From Salpingoeca rosetta (Eukaryota > Protista > Choanoflagellata), in NCBI GenBank assembly GCA_033442325.1, contig JAWQFM010000006.1, positions 2,025,386 through 2,089,385 of the forward strand: 64,000 bases of DNA, in the 5' to 3' direction. Both the position numbers and the translations under genes were made by a program. The notes below the pieces were generated by a model that saw only the letters and a list, made by a program, of their open reading frames with translations, made no database searches and was not told where the DNA came from. Within the stretch, counting starts at the first letter, position 1. Every line of letters begins with the position of its first letter. Shown one piece after another: positions 24,154-37,114 of this stretch.

Positions 24154-24420
24154 CTACATGCTCTGCGCCTGATGTGACGATTCCGCAGCCATCAACATCT
24201 CCTCCAGGTCTGTGGTTGGCCGTGTCAAAGGTGTGTGCGCGCGCGCGCTTGTTTTGTGTGTGATGAGGTTGGAATGGGAAGCAAGCGGGCATGGGTAACA
24301 AACGAACAAAGGAACCAAAGGAAACCAAGGAAACACGGGAACAAACAAGTTGACCACAAAGAGAAAGACACACGCACACACGCACGCACACACACACACA
24401 CACGCACGCACACACACACA

Positions 24421-24484
<64 letters not shown>

Positions 24485-24757
24485 CACACAGCCCCCCCCC
24501 CCACACACACAGCCCACACGACCCACCATCTGGGAGAAAGTCGTCCTGGTCGCTCTTGCTTCTCCGCAGCGGAGGGCGGTCCTTGTGTTCCGCCTTGACC
24601 TGTGCTGCTGCTGCTGCCGCTGTTGGTGCTGTTGATGTGTTGGGGGTGGGCTTGGTTGACGCACACGCGCCGCCGTTGCCATTATTCCGCACGCCGCTGT
24701 TAGCGCGCGTGTTTGTGCTGTTGCGTAGCGTCTGTGGCCGCCTGTTACCCCCGCTGC

Positions 24758-24794
<37 letters not shown>

Positions 24795-25089
24795 GTGGTG
24801 GCGTCTGGCTTGCTTTCCGTTTGGCGATGCTCCCGACGATGACGACGACAACGATGATGAAGAGGAAGGGGATGATGTCGACGTGGGCCCCCGACTGCTG
24901 TGTCGACGATGGCTGTGTGCAGTTCTTGAAGAGGGCGATGTTGCTGCTGCTGCTGTCGTTGTTGCCACTGGTGTTGTTGATGATGATGGCGATGTGGCTG
25001 TCGTATGCGAACCAGTTGGTCGCCCGTTCACACGGCCACCGCCGCGCTGAGGTGACGTGGACAGTGACCGAGCAGACCTGAACTTTGGG

Positions 25090-25133
<44 letters not shown>

Positions 25134-25504
25134 TTGTTGTTGTTGCTGTTGTTGTTGGTGATGTGTGGAGGTGGCGGCGGGTGTTGACGACTGCATGCGC
25201 TCCAAGTGCTGGTGGAACTCCTGCCTCAGGCTCTGCCTGCTCTCGTGCTCCTTCAGCACCGTCGTTGCGCTGCGGGCCGCCCCTGTCGACGAAGACGCAA
25301 CCGAGGGTGCGGGGGTCGATGGCAGTGATATCTGGGACGCGTACATGGACGTGTCCATGCCACCCACCAGTGCGCTCGAATCAAACAGGTTGCCCGAGTA
25401 ATCCACAGCCTCCCGCTAAGTGCACGTGTGTGTGTGAAGAGGGGGGGGGGGGTAAAGCGGGAGTGAGAGGGTGCAAGGCAGAAAGCGCATGTGAACGTGT
25501 GAAT

Positions 25505-25561
<57 letters not shown>

Positions 25562-26211
25562 GTCAGTAAGTTATACGTGTGTTTTGTGGTGGACCACCAA
25601 CTGGACGGAGTGTCAATTTTTAATTACCACCACCACCACCACCACCACCACCACCACCACCACCACCACCACCACCACCACCACCACCACCACCACCACC
25701 ACCACCACCACCACCACCACCACCACCACCACCACCACCACTGTCACAGCCTCAAAACAACACAAAGAACCTTCTTCTTGGCGTGGGGGCGAATAAACCG
25801 CTGGTAATCCTTGTCGTTCAAGCACTGTCCAAAGATCTGCCCAAACATCCTAACAGCATGGTCAATGCACAGCACACAAAATAAAAGGCGTACACAGAGT
25901 GAGACTGTATCGTGGGCGATGTGTCGAGGGAGCATCCCCCCTCCCTCATCATACAACGGAGGTTGCATTCACATGTCTCCGATCACTTACTTGAGCGAGC
26001 GCTTTGTGCCATCCGTGACAGCTTGCTTCTTGGCCTTTTCCATGGCTGTGGGTTCCATCGCACACAAAGCGACAAAGGTGGGATTTGGAGAAGGGAAACG
26101 TGGATGTTACATTACTGAGATGCCACAACATTCATTCATGCATACATAACACTCATGCATTCACAACATTCATGCATACCAGCCACCATTTTACACACAC
26201 ACACACAGACC

Positions 26212-26256
<45 letters not shown>

Positions 26257-26919
26257 CGACACACACACACACACGTCAGACACACACACACACACACACA
26301 GTCAGACACACACACACACACACACCTTGGTGGCGCGTGGGCATGATGGCATTGCCATACCCAATGTCCTCATGATAAGCACCATCCTGAACGGCAGTGC
26401 AGATGAGTGAGCGCTTTGAAACCAACAAAAAAGCGCAAGTCGAATGGTCTACACACAACCCAGCACCAATTCATGGAGTGCACAGGCTGGGAATGCTGGG
26501 CGTGCTCCATCCATACCATTGTCAGAGTGTACCCACCGCCAAACACGGCCACCACCATTATCGCCAAACACGACCACCCGAATTTGCAGCCTGACCTTGA
26601 GGGTGACGCGAATGATGGCAGAGACGCCCACTTCATACTTGCTCCCTTTCTTGTCGGCGTAGTCGATGTTGACGGCGCGAATGGACCGGCTCCACCCATT
26701 GAATCCAAACGTGTGATTTGCAATGTCAAACACCATCCACTGCTGCACGTACGCAATCTGTGGGGGATGGCGAAGGAAGCACAAGTGACCCGAGGAACGG
26801 GAATGAGACACCAAGGTATGCCAAGCGATGAGCAGAGGGAAGGAACGAGCGTGCGTGTATGTGTCCGAGTACACATGTGGGTCTTTATGTGCGTGTACTT
26901 TGTGCGCACAGACAGAGAC

Positions 26920-26986
<67 letters not shown>

Positions 26987-27281
26987 CAGAGACAGAGACA
27001 CGCACACGCACACAGACACGCACACGCACATAGATACACACACATAGACACACACACACATAGACACACACACAGACACACAGACAGACACACGCACACA
27101 CACACACCTCGTTGCCGCCGGCGCCTGGTCGGTAACTGATGAAATCGGCACCCAGTTTCATGTTGAGGGCCTTTTGGATGCGATCGCGCTCATCCTCGGA
27201 GAAGGCAACACCACCAAACAGCAGGTGTGGTCGCTTCGCTGCCGGCTCATCCCCATCCCCATCGCCACCACCACGCTGCAT
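24154..27281 (-). CDS. RAD52: DNA repair/recombination protein Rad52, multi-exon, with polyQ low-complexity C-terminal region
   Basis: [22 protein letters not shown] | [27 protein letters not shown] | [11 protein letters not shown] | [19 protein letters not shown] | [14 protein letters not shown]. Confidence 0.93.
25626..25742. repeat. (CCA)n microsatellite in a RAD52 intron
   Basis: Directly visible. Confidence 0.9.
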
Positions 27282-27393
27282 CTTGGCTTGTGGCAGTAAC
27301 CGCCGATGGGATGCGTTGCTGCTGCTTTTCGCTGGTTCGTCCAAGCACGTTCAAGCTTGAATTTTGCGGCAGTGGGCAAAATGTAATGGCCGT

Positions 27394-27432
27394 GTGGTAA
27401 AATGGTGGTAAAATGGTAAAATGGTGGTAAAA
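27394..27432. promoter_or_regulatory. Four TGGTAAAA repeats in the ~230-bp divergent intergenic region between RAD52 and the hydrolase
   Basis: tggtaaaatggtggtaaaatggtaaaatggtggtaaaat lies between head-to-head starts at 27281 (-) and 27514 (+). A regulatory role is inferred only from position. Confidence 0.35.
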
Positions 27433-27513
27433 TATAACGGTCCTCACAGCACCTTCACGAACACACAACTCACCCACACCGCCTTGCTCTTCTTTGTTTG
27501 TGAGTGCAAGCAC

Positions 27514-29107
27514 ATGAACCACACAATGCGCTCGCGCCGACGGACGAAAGGGAAAGGGCACGAGGCGCCTACCACTTCTGACACTGCCACTACTGCCTCT
27601 GCCACCACTGTTGCCGCTACAGCCAAACCCAACAACAACGACAGTGACAACACCAAGATGGACGAGCTGGGAAACCCGGGCGGAAAGCTGGTGCTGCTGC
27701 CTGCGCTGGCGCCCCTGGTGACGTACGGCACCATCACGCTGTCGCTGGCGTTTGGCCTCCTGTGCGCTTGGCTGGAAGGAAACGCAAGTGTGGCCACGTT
27801 TGTGCTCGCCACCATGTTTGTCTGGGGGGTCGTCTCCCTCGTCGTCACCCACATGGTCAAGCACCCACCGTTCCGCGTGTACCAAGGGCCAACCCACGAT
27901 CTGCTCACGTCCGAAGTGCGCGGCGCGGCCCAGATCGTCTGGGGCGGCATCAAGACAGACCCAAAGGCCGACTTTGGCATCGAGTACGAGGATGTCATCG
28001 TCCCCGTCCTGGACATGGACACGCTCCAGCCGACCCACGCCTACCTCAGGGGCTGGTACGTTCCGCCAACCGCCCGCGATCTCTGGCGCCCTGACAACAG
28101 CTCCAACGACGACCACGGCGACGACCACGGCGACGACCACGGCGACGACCACGGCGAAAACACGGGCAGCAGCGACAGTAGTAAGGGCGACGGTAGCAAA
28201 GGCGACGGCAGCAAACGCGGCGGCAACAGCCAAGACGACAAGGGCCAGGATCGCACGCAGCAAGGCAGCAAGCAGCTGGCACAGGATGTTCATGCAGATG
28301 GGGGCGATGCACACCGGCGGCGTCGTGCAGCCGAGAGCACGACGGCCGTGATCATGGTGCACGGCGCAGGGCGCGATCGGCGTGCGTTTCTGCGGCATGC
28401 GCGAGACCTCCACCACAAGGGCTACACGCTGCTGCTGTGCGATTTGCGGGAGCACGGCCTCAGCTTCGGGGAGGGGCACGGCATCAACTACGGCCCGCGC
28501 GAGTGCGACGACGTGTGCAGCATGGCGCACTGGCTGCGCGAGGACCAAGGCCACAAGGCAGTGGTGGTGTGCGGCACGTCAACGGGCGCGTCGGCGGGGA
28601 TTATGGCGGCCGCACGCGTGCGCGACCCGGCGTCAAGCATGTACATCAACGCTGTCATCGCCGAGAACCCGTTTGCGTCCCGCCGCGAGCTCTTTCGCGT
28701 CATTGCCCGGCAGTACTTCCGCCTGCCCGGCTACTTGGACGTGCTGCTCCTGCCATATCGCCTCGCGCTCGTGGCCATCATGTACTTTGTTGTGTCCCTG
28801 CGCGACCCGAGCTTCCGCCGCGAGCCCGTCGACTGCGTGTACGACATTGCGCCCCGCCCCTTGCTGCTCATGCACAGCCGGGCAGACACGACTGTGCCCG
28901 TGTGGCACACGCAGGAGCTGTATATTGAAGCGCGCGACCCAAAGGGGCTGTGGATTGTGGACAACGGCGGCCACGCTGCTCTCTACAACCACTACCCAGA
29001 CGAGTGGATGGAAAAGTACGATTTGGTGTGGAGAGACAGTGAGAAAGGAAGAAAAGGATTGGGGGGGGGGTGCTTTGGGGTTGGCTGTTTTTTGTGTGTT
29101 CGCGCGC

Positions 29108-29191
<84 letters not shown>

Positions 29192-29328
29192 GCTTGGGCT
29201 GCTGCTGCTGCTGTTGATTTTGTTGTTGTTGTTTCCTGTGCTCAAGTTCCTTCCAATCACACGCACATGCACAACACAGGGTTTCGACGTTCCTGTCTCA
29301 AGTGGAGCGCGTCGTTCACTGCATGTGA
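27514..29328 (+). CDS. Membrane-anchored alpha/beta hydrolase (ABHD13/YqkD-like); 2 exons
   Basis: N-terminal hydrophobic helices, LRGWYVP, VIMVHG, DLREHGLS, nucleophile GTSTGA, PLLLMHSRADTTVP and GGH triad. A splice at ~29014/29280 gives the terminal KVSTFLSQVERVVHCM*. Confidence 0.88.
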
Positions 29329-29377
29329 GCATCTCAGCAGCTTGGTACCGTACCACCTCAGCGAAGAGCCAACACAC

Positions 29378-29462
<85 letters not shown>

Positions 29463-30075
29463 ATTGCGCACTTGCTGTGAACAACAACAGAGGTTGTGTA
29501 TTGTATGGGATACTGGCACAAGCAAGAGGGGGAAGAACAAGAAGAAGCGGGACGATACACGCAACAACAAAACGGAGAGGAAGGGGAAGGAGAAGAGCTA
29601 ACTTCAATCTCGAGAAAGAAGTAGGCAACCAAACAAACGAAAAAACAACACACTCTCAGCAACAAGCATGCACGCGGGACAGAAACAAGGCGTGTGTGCC
29701 AGCAGCACGGCAACGCACACGAGGAGGGAACACAAACAAGACGTGAACACGCAACAAGCACAAACACCAAAAACACCAGCGCCACTGCCAACACACGCAA
29801 CACACATGGTCGTGTACACGGGGAAGAGGAGAATGACGAGGGAGGAGAACTTATGATTAGAGACAGCGAGGAGGGGGGGGGGGGGAACAAGGGGGGACAG
29901 CAACGGGGTAGCACACCATGGACGACGTGTGGGGTCAGCACACCATAGACGACGTGTGGAGTCAGCACACGCAAACAGAGCGATTCAGATGACAGCAGCG
30001 ACACCAGACCCGAGAGGAGGGCTGACACCAGCAACGACGCACCGCCCACAAACAAAACACAACAGCAGCAGCAGC

Positions 30076-30712
30076 TCAGGAAAGGTGGGCGTGGCGGGAG
30101 AAGGCGACGCGGAGGTAGAGGTTGTCGCCAAGCATCTTGTTGTGCAGGGCCACCAGCGCCTCTGCCGCCTCCTGCACGCTGTTCAGCTCAACAAACGCCA
30201 TCTTCTTGTCTTCGGGGAACATGTGCACGCGCTTGGGCTGGAAGCCGTGCGTGACAAACAGCTGCGTGACATAGACGTCATTTGCCTCTGCCGGGAGGCG
30301 GGAGAGGTGAAGCACGGGGCAGGGCGGGTGGATGTGCTTGTAGCTCTCCTGGCTCTTGAAGCGGTGGATCTTGGACTTGGAGTAGTCCTTGGTCAGCTGC
30401 GCCTCCTCGTCGTTGCGCGGGAGGGCAACCTCGGGGAACTTGGACAGCACCAGGCGCAGCTGGTTGCCCTGGAACGGCAGGCCGTTGAGGTTGGAGATGG
30501 CTGTGGCGGCGTGCTGCGGCAGCATAAACTGCACCAGCGCACGCGACCGGTTCTTGTGCATAATCTTCACTCGCTGCAGAGTTGTTGGGGTGGTGGTGAA
30601 GAAGAGAGGGCGAGAAGGAGGGAGGGGCAGGGTTGTTGTTGTTGTGAGGGAAGACGTGGGAAGACGTAGCAAGGGCGAGGCTTACCAAACCATTGCGAGC
30701 ACAAGAGCAGGG

Positions 30713-30764
<52 letters not shown>

Positions 30765-31537
30765 CCTACCGTGACGTCGCCGTAGACGCCGCAGAGCATG
30801 AAGAGGTGGTCCGGCTGGATGGTGGCCTCGTTCAGATTGCTGAACAGTACACACACGCACACACGCGCACGCACACACATGCAGAAAACAACGATGAACG
30901 GTGAGGAGAAGGTCGGGGGGGAGGCCCCAACGTGCACACAGGTGGCAATGTGCATGAAAAAAAAAAAAGCAAGCAAGGGGCATACGAATAAGTGGGAGCG
31001 TGCCGTACAGGCGGGGCAAGGCGGGGCCGCGAAACAAAGAAAGAAAGCGTGTACCTGACGAGGACGACGCATCCTGGGGTGGTGGCCGGCATGCCTGGTG
31101 CCATCTGCATGCCCATTGCCGAGCCCATACCCATTGTCGGCATCCCAGGGGCCTGCGCCTGCGGCATTTGGCCTGCAGGTGGGTGGAGTGGGGGAGGGTG
31201 TGTGTGTGTCATGCGGGAGCAGCGCTTGCATGAGTGTCAATAGAGCGGATGCATGCGTAAAGATGAGGCAGCTGAACAGCGTGACATGCACCATGTGTGC
31301 AGCACGGGTGGGGTGTTTGCACCACCGCACCTCCCATGGCGCCGCCCATCGGGCCCATAGCCGGCGACATGCCCTGCATGGTTGCCATCACGTTCATGGC
31401 GCCCGTGTTGCCCATCATCTGCTGCTGTTGCCTGAAACACAGTGAACGCAAAAAGCGAACGATGAGCACGAGCACAATGGAGCACAGGCGAGGATGGTTT
31501 GAGCGCAGCGGAACAGTGGCTGAGCCGCAATCAACTG

Positions 31538-31628
<91 letters not shown>

Positions 31629-32475
31629 TGCAAAATGCTTACGGCTGGAGGTTGATGGGGGTGTTGGGCAGCGTCTCGCCGTCCATGAGCGGGCTGCGGA
31701 TAAAATCGCGGGCCCTGTGATGCATGCAAGCGAGTGGAACACATCAGGACACAGACGTAGCATTTCCCATGACACGTGTCAGGTGTCGCACACGGCCCTT
31801 GCTTCAAACAAACAATGCAGAAGCAGATACAGCAGCAGAAGCAGCAACAACAAGAAACAAGAACAAGAACAACAAGAACAACAAGAACAAGAACAAGAAC
31901 AAGAACAACAACAAGAAACAACAAGAACAAGAAACAACAACACTACCACCAGTACCTGGCTGGATCGCTGTCCTGGCGGACGGTGACCTCATTGAGCTTC
32001 GAAAACTCAACGGCGAGGTGGCAGCAGCCGGAGTAAATGTCCTGGTTGTTCAGCATACGACGCGCCAGCGCAGCTGTTGGTCATCAACAATGGTTGGCAG
32101 TGTCAGGGATGAAAGCGGGTGGTGTCAGCACAAGCATGTGCAACAGAAGAGCGGAAGGAAACGCACAAGTGAATAGGAAAAGACGGATTGTTCATGACGG
32201 CATGACACAACGCACAAGTGCTCGCAGATGGGACTGCATCACATCGACACCACGCCAACCCCAACGCCCAAACGCTCCATCGCTACGTGCGCGCGCTTAC
32301 CAGAGGCCTCGCTGTCCATCTGCACGAGGGCTTGCAGAAACGACTGCTTCATGAAGCAAACCATCTTGTCCACTGCGCACACGGAGAAAGGCAGAGCAGG
32401 GGAGGAGGAAAAATTAGTTCAATGAATGAACGCCAAGGGGACGGACAGCAAAGTGAACAACAGCCATGGCAATAG

Positions 32476-32572
<97 letters not shown>

Positions 32573-34423
32573 AAACGGACCTCGGCCAGCGCGGGAGAAG
32601 AGGGAATGCAGGGTCTGGAGGGAGATGGAGTAGGAAAGGTTGGTGACCTTGGCAATCAGGCACTTGCTTGGAGGGTTTGTGTCGCGTGTTTGCACACGCT
32701 GCGACAAAAGGGAAAGAAAAAGATGAAGGGTGGGTGAGGAGAATGTATTGAGGTGAGGTGCTTGCTCATGAGACCAAGCCAGCAAGAACGGGGAACTGTT
32801 GTTGCATGCACAAACAAACGCGCAACACGAAGGAAGCACAAAACAAACGCATCTGCGCACATACTCACACATATTCACACACACACACACACACACACAC
32901 CTCGAGCTCCTGGTGCTCGGAGAACTGGAGGTAGGCCTGACTGTCGCGGATGCGAATGGTGGGCTCCGAGTCGATGACACGCGACGCAACCTCCACAGAG
33001 GGCATCTCAACAAGCGCCTGCTTGTTGGTCATCATAATGACATTGGAGGGCGTTGCATACTTCATCAAGTGCGGCAGCAGCTGCAGGTCCAATACATAGC
33101 AGGGCGGGGGTTGGAATGAAGGAATGAATGCAGGTATTGATTGTAACGCACGAGGCGAGAGTGTGGCGCACAAACGCGAGACAGAAACAACGACACACCA
33201 CACATGCGGACACAAGAGCACAGCACAGCACACAAGAGCACAACACAGCACAACATACACATACACAGACACAGACACATACACACACACACGGACACAG
33301 ACACACACAAAGCAGTCGTGAGTACTCACGTCGGCAGCAGTGGCCGAGTCCGGCAGGTTGCGGATGTGGATAACACGGGAGGGTTTGGCCGCCATTCGGG
33401 CTTTCTTGGTTATGTCGCCTTCGGAGGGTTCCTGAGGAATGCCTGTTGAAAGTGGGTCGCAAACACAAACACAAGCAAGCGGTAGATGGATGTTGTGAGT
33501 GTCATTGCGTGGTGCTGGGTCGTGGGGCACCGGGAACGCAGCCAAACGGATCAAAAGGAGCAGGAGAAGTGGCTCAAGGGAGACGAGAAAGGGAGAGTGA
33601 GGGTGAGAGTGAGGCACCTTCAGATGCAGCGCGCTGTCACAGCAAGTGAGAAGAAGGCAAAGGAAGCCATGGATCATCAAGAGTGTTGTGAGGAGGAGGA
33701 GGAGAAGCACAGGAATCAAGTGGTAGCAGCAGTAGCGGCAGCATGTTGACGGTGGAATATGGGGTTGTGGAGCAAGAGAGCAGGGAGATTTGAGAGGTTG
33801 TTTGACCACAGCATTGGCACGGAGACAGTGGGCACGGCAGAGTTGAGGTGTGGGGGCAGGCGATGAAGAAGAAGCAGGGTGGCCAGGAGTTGAAGGAAGG
33901 GGCATTCAGTGGGATGCACGCATCACAAAGGGGGAAGTGGAGGGTTCGAACGGCGGGGATGGAGCGGGAAGAGTCATGGAGTTGGCGTGAAGACGAGGGT
34001 GAAGACGAGGGTGAAGACGAGGGTGAAGACGAGGGTGAAGATGATGAGACACAGACAGAGAGGTGAGGAGAAGAAGACGACGATGATGATGACAATAACG
34101 ATGGCAATGACGAAGAACACGCAACAGAGAGCAGCAAGGATGAACCCAGCGTCGTGTGGGCACGAGCGTCACGATCAGAACGGAAGCACACGGAATGGGA
34201 TACACAAAAAGAGCAACAACAACACAACACAACAGAAGGCAGCCAGGGGATCACAAAGACGAGACACTGAGAAAGCGATATCATGCACACAACACACACA
34301 ACACACACAACACACACAGCAACACGCAACACACACAACACACCAAGACACGGGATGCAGTGTGTCCAGCGACTGCACGTGACGTGCAACGTGTTGTGTG
34401 GCACTGACCTTCGCTGAGCTCAT
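30076..34423 (-). CDS. Polypyrimidine tract-binding protein / hnRNP-L family multi-RRM protein; 5' micro-exon (MSSAK) tentative
   Basis: PSRVIHIRNLP, QALVEM, AYLQFSEHQEL, NLSYSISLQTLHSLFS, SNLNE..PDHLFMLCGVYGDV.RVKIM, ALVQF, LTKDYSKSKIHRFK, HPPCPVLHLS, LRVAFS. Confidence 0.9.
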
Positions 34424-34893
34424 CGTTCAACTGGCAGAGTCGCCGTGTGTTGTTGCCGTTGTTGCTGTTGTTGATCGTGCTACTGGCGTTGTTGCTTCGT
34501 CGTTGACCGACTGGAGAGATGCGGGTGCAGGTGCAGGTGCAGGTGCAGGTGCGAGCGATTGCACACAACAAGGGAAGAAGGGAGAGAGGAAGAGGAGAGA
34601 GGAAGAGGAGAGAGGAAGAAAAGTTTCGCGCCCAGGAAAATTGTGCTGACTCAGTAAGTCGTCGATTGCTCAGTCGTCACATCATCGTCGTCAACTTGTG
34701 TTTGGATTGCATTGCTGCTGTCTGTCACTGGCTTCACCGCTCCGCCTTGCTTGCCTTGCCTTCATTTCCAACCATCCACCCATCGAGCAACCTTCATCCC
34801 AGATCAAGCAAACAAGTGAAAGCAACAGACACAGCAACAACACACATACATACACACACACACAAGCACACGCCACACGCCACTCAACAGTAC

Positions 34894-35217
34894 ATGATGC
34901 TGGGCCTGGACGGGGACGTGCTTCGCAAGTTTGTGCTTGCGGAGGATCGACAGGCGATTGTGGACCAGCATGTGAAGGGCACCACCAGCCACTTTGTGCT
35001 CAGCATCCTGCACGCCCTGAACAAAGGCCGCTACCATGACGCAGAGGTGCTCCTGCACGAGTGGGACAAGGTGGCTCGCAGGCAGGGCCTTCCGCCAGAC
35101 TACGAGCTCCTCAAGAACCGCTGCATGCTCTGCCTCTATGAGAAGAAGCCCGAGGACGTGCTCGCACACTTCCAGCGCGCCTTCAACATCAAACTTCAGG
35201 TGTGTGTGTGTGTGTGT

Positions 35218-35277
<60 letters not shown>

Positions 35278-36639
35278 ATCTCTCTCTCTCTCTCTGTTTG
35301 TGTGTGAGGCACTTGGCTTTTTCCCTTTCATTGCAGCTTCTGGTGAAAAGGTCCCGCAACTTCCTTTCCGCCTTCCAATTACAACTAAACACACAGCGCG
35401 AACCACGCACCTTGATGAACTGCAGCATCCAGCACCAACATCTGCAACATCCGAGCACGCCAGTCGCAGTGTGGTCAGACAACCTGCCACTGCTGCCATC
35501 GTTGCTTGCCGTTGCCTGTCGTTGCTTCACCTCTGCTACGCTCGTGTGGGTTGCTTCATCTGTCCCATGCGTCGTGGCCATATGTCGTGGCGATGCGTCT
35601 CACATGCATAACGCGGGCGCTACCATGCACTCTCATGAGGCAGGCTCCGTCGAAGGTGGATCAGTCACTGCTCGACTTTCCCAACATCTCCAAGCGCAAG
35701 CTCGAAACTGTACGACAAACTTGAGACAAACAGCAGACAGATGTCACACACACAGACACACAGACACACACACACACACAGACACTCTCTCTGTCTCTCT
35801 CTCTCTGTCTGTCTCTCTCTCTGTCTCTCTCTCTGTCTCTCTCTCTCTGTCTCTCTCTCTCTCCCTCTCTCTCTCTCTCCCCTCATTGGCTGCCGCCAAC
35901 TTCTCACAAGGAAAGTTCCAACCTCCTCCACACCACACCCCCCTCCTCTGACTGCGTCTTCCCAGGACACGTATCTGAACGACTTTACGGAGGCGGCGAC
36001 GTCGTGGCTCATGGACCGATGGAAGACACTGAGCAAGGAGCAGCTCAACCGCCTGCTGCGCTCGCGTGTCACGTACCCGACACACCCAACCATCGTCGAC
36101 ATGCTGGTGGCCGATATGGCAAACGCCGTCAAGGCCAAGAGGAACATCGACCTGCATCCCGTGGTGGCGCACCTCTCGCTCGCCCAACTTGACAAGATCT
36201 TCAAGGCATGCTCCTCCGTCTCCATGCACAGGTAGGTGTGTGTGTGTGTGTCTCTGTGTGTGTGTCTGTGTGTGTCTGTGTGTCTGTGTGTCTCTGTGTA
36301 TGTAAAATAGAGAAAGAAAGAGCGTTTGTGCGTGTGTGTGTATGTGTGTGTGTGTGTGTGTGTGTCAGCCTGTCACTGCTGACTCGATTGGATGCGAGAC
36401 CTACACCTGAAACGATTCGTCCCGTTGATGTGTTGGTACGACTGCTGACTCAAATGGTGCGCACGCCCCCTCACGTGCAAGCAGGGAGTTTGTGACCACG
36501 TATCTGAGGAAGCTCGCTGCGACCTTTGACGCAAAGGCGCCCACCCGCCTTCACACAGGTCAGTCCCTGGCTTGAAACACGCAAGCCACCTTGCATGCAT
36601 GCATGTGTGGAAACATCTGCTGGTAAATCCAGTACGCTC

Positions 36640-36716
<77 letters not shown>

Positions 36717-37060
36717 CCACACACACACGCACATTCACGCATACACACAAACACATTCACGCATACGCACAAACACATTCACGCATGCACGCACATTCAC
36801 TTGCGCCATTGCGCTTTTCAGACCAAGCGCGCATGCAAGAGTACTTGGAGGCGTGCGTGGCGTTCACGTCGAAGCTGCCGCCCGTGTTCAACGACTTGCG
36901 CGCCGCCGCCATCTTTCGAAAGCTGCAGTTCCTCGTGGCCGTGGTGAGTACACACGCACGTGTACATGCACAACTATGCTTGCACACACACACACATATA
37001 CGCACACGCGCACACACGCACACACGCCCACACACACACATATACGCACACACACACACA

Positions 37061-37114
<54 letters not shown>

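Noticed and set aside
27247-28554. 435-aa antisense ORF
   Set aside because: Shadow frame of the GC-rich hydrolase gene on the opposite strand.
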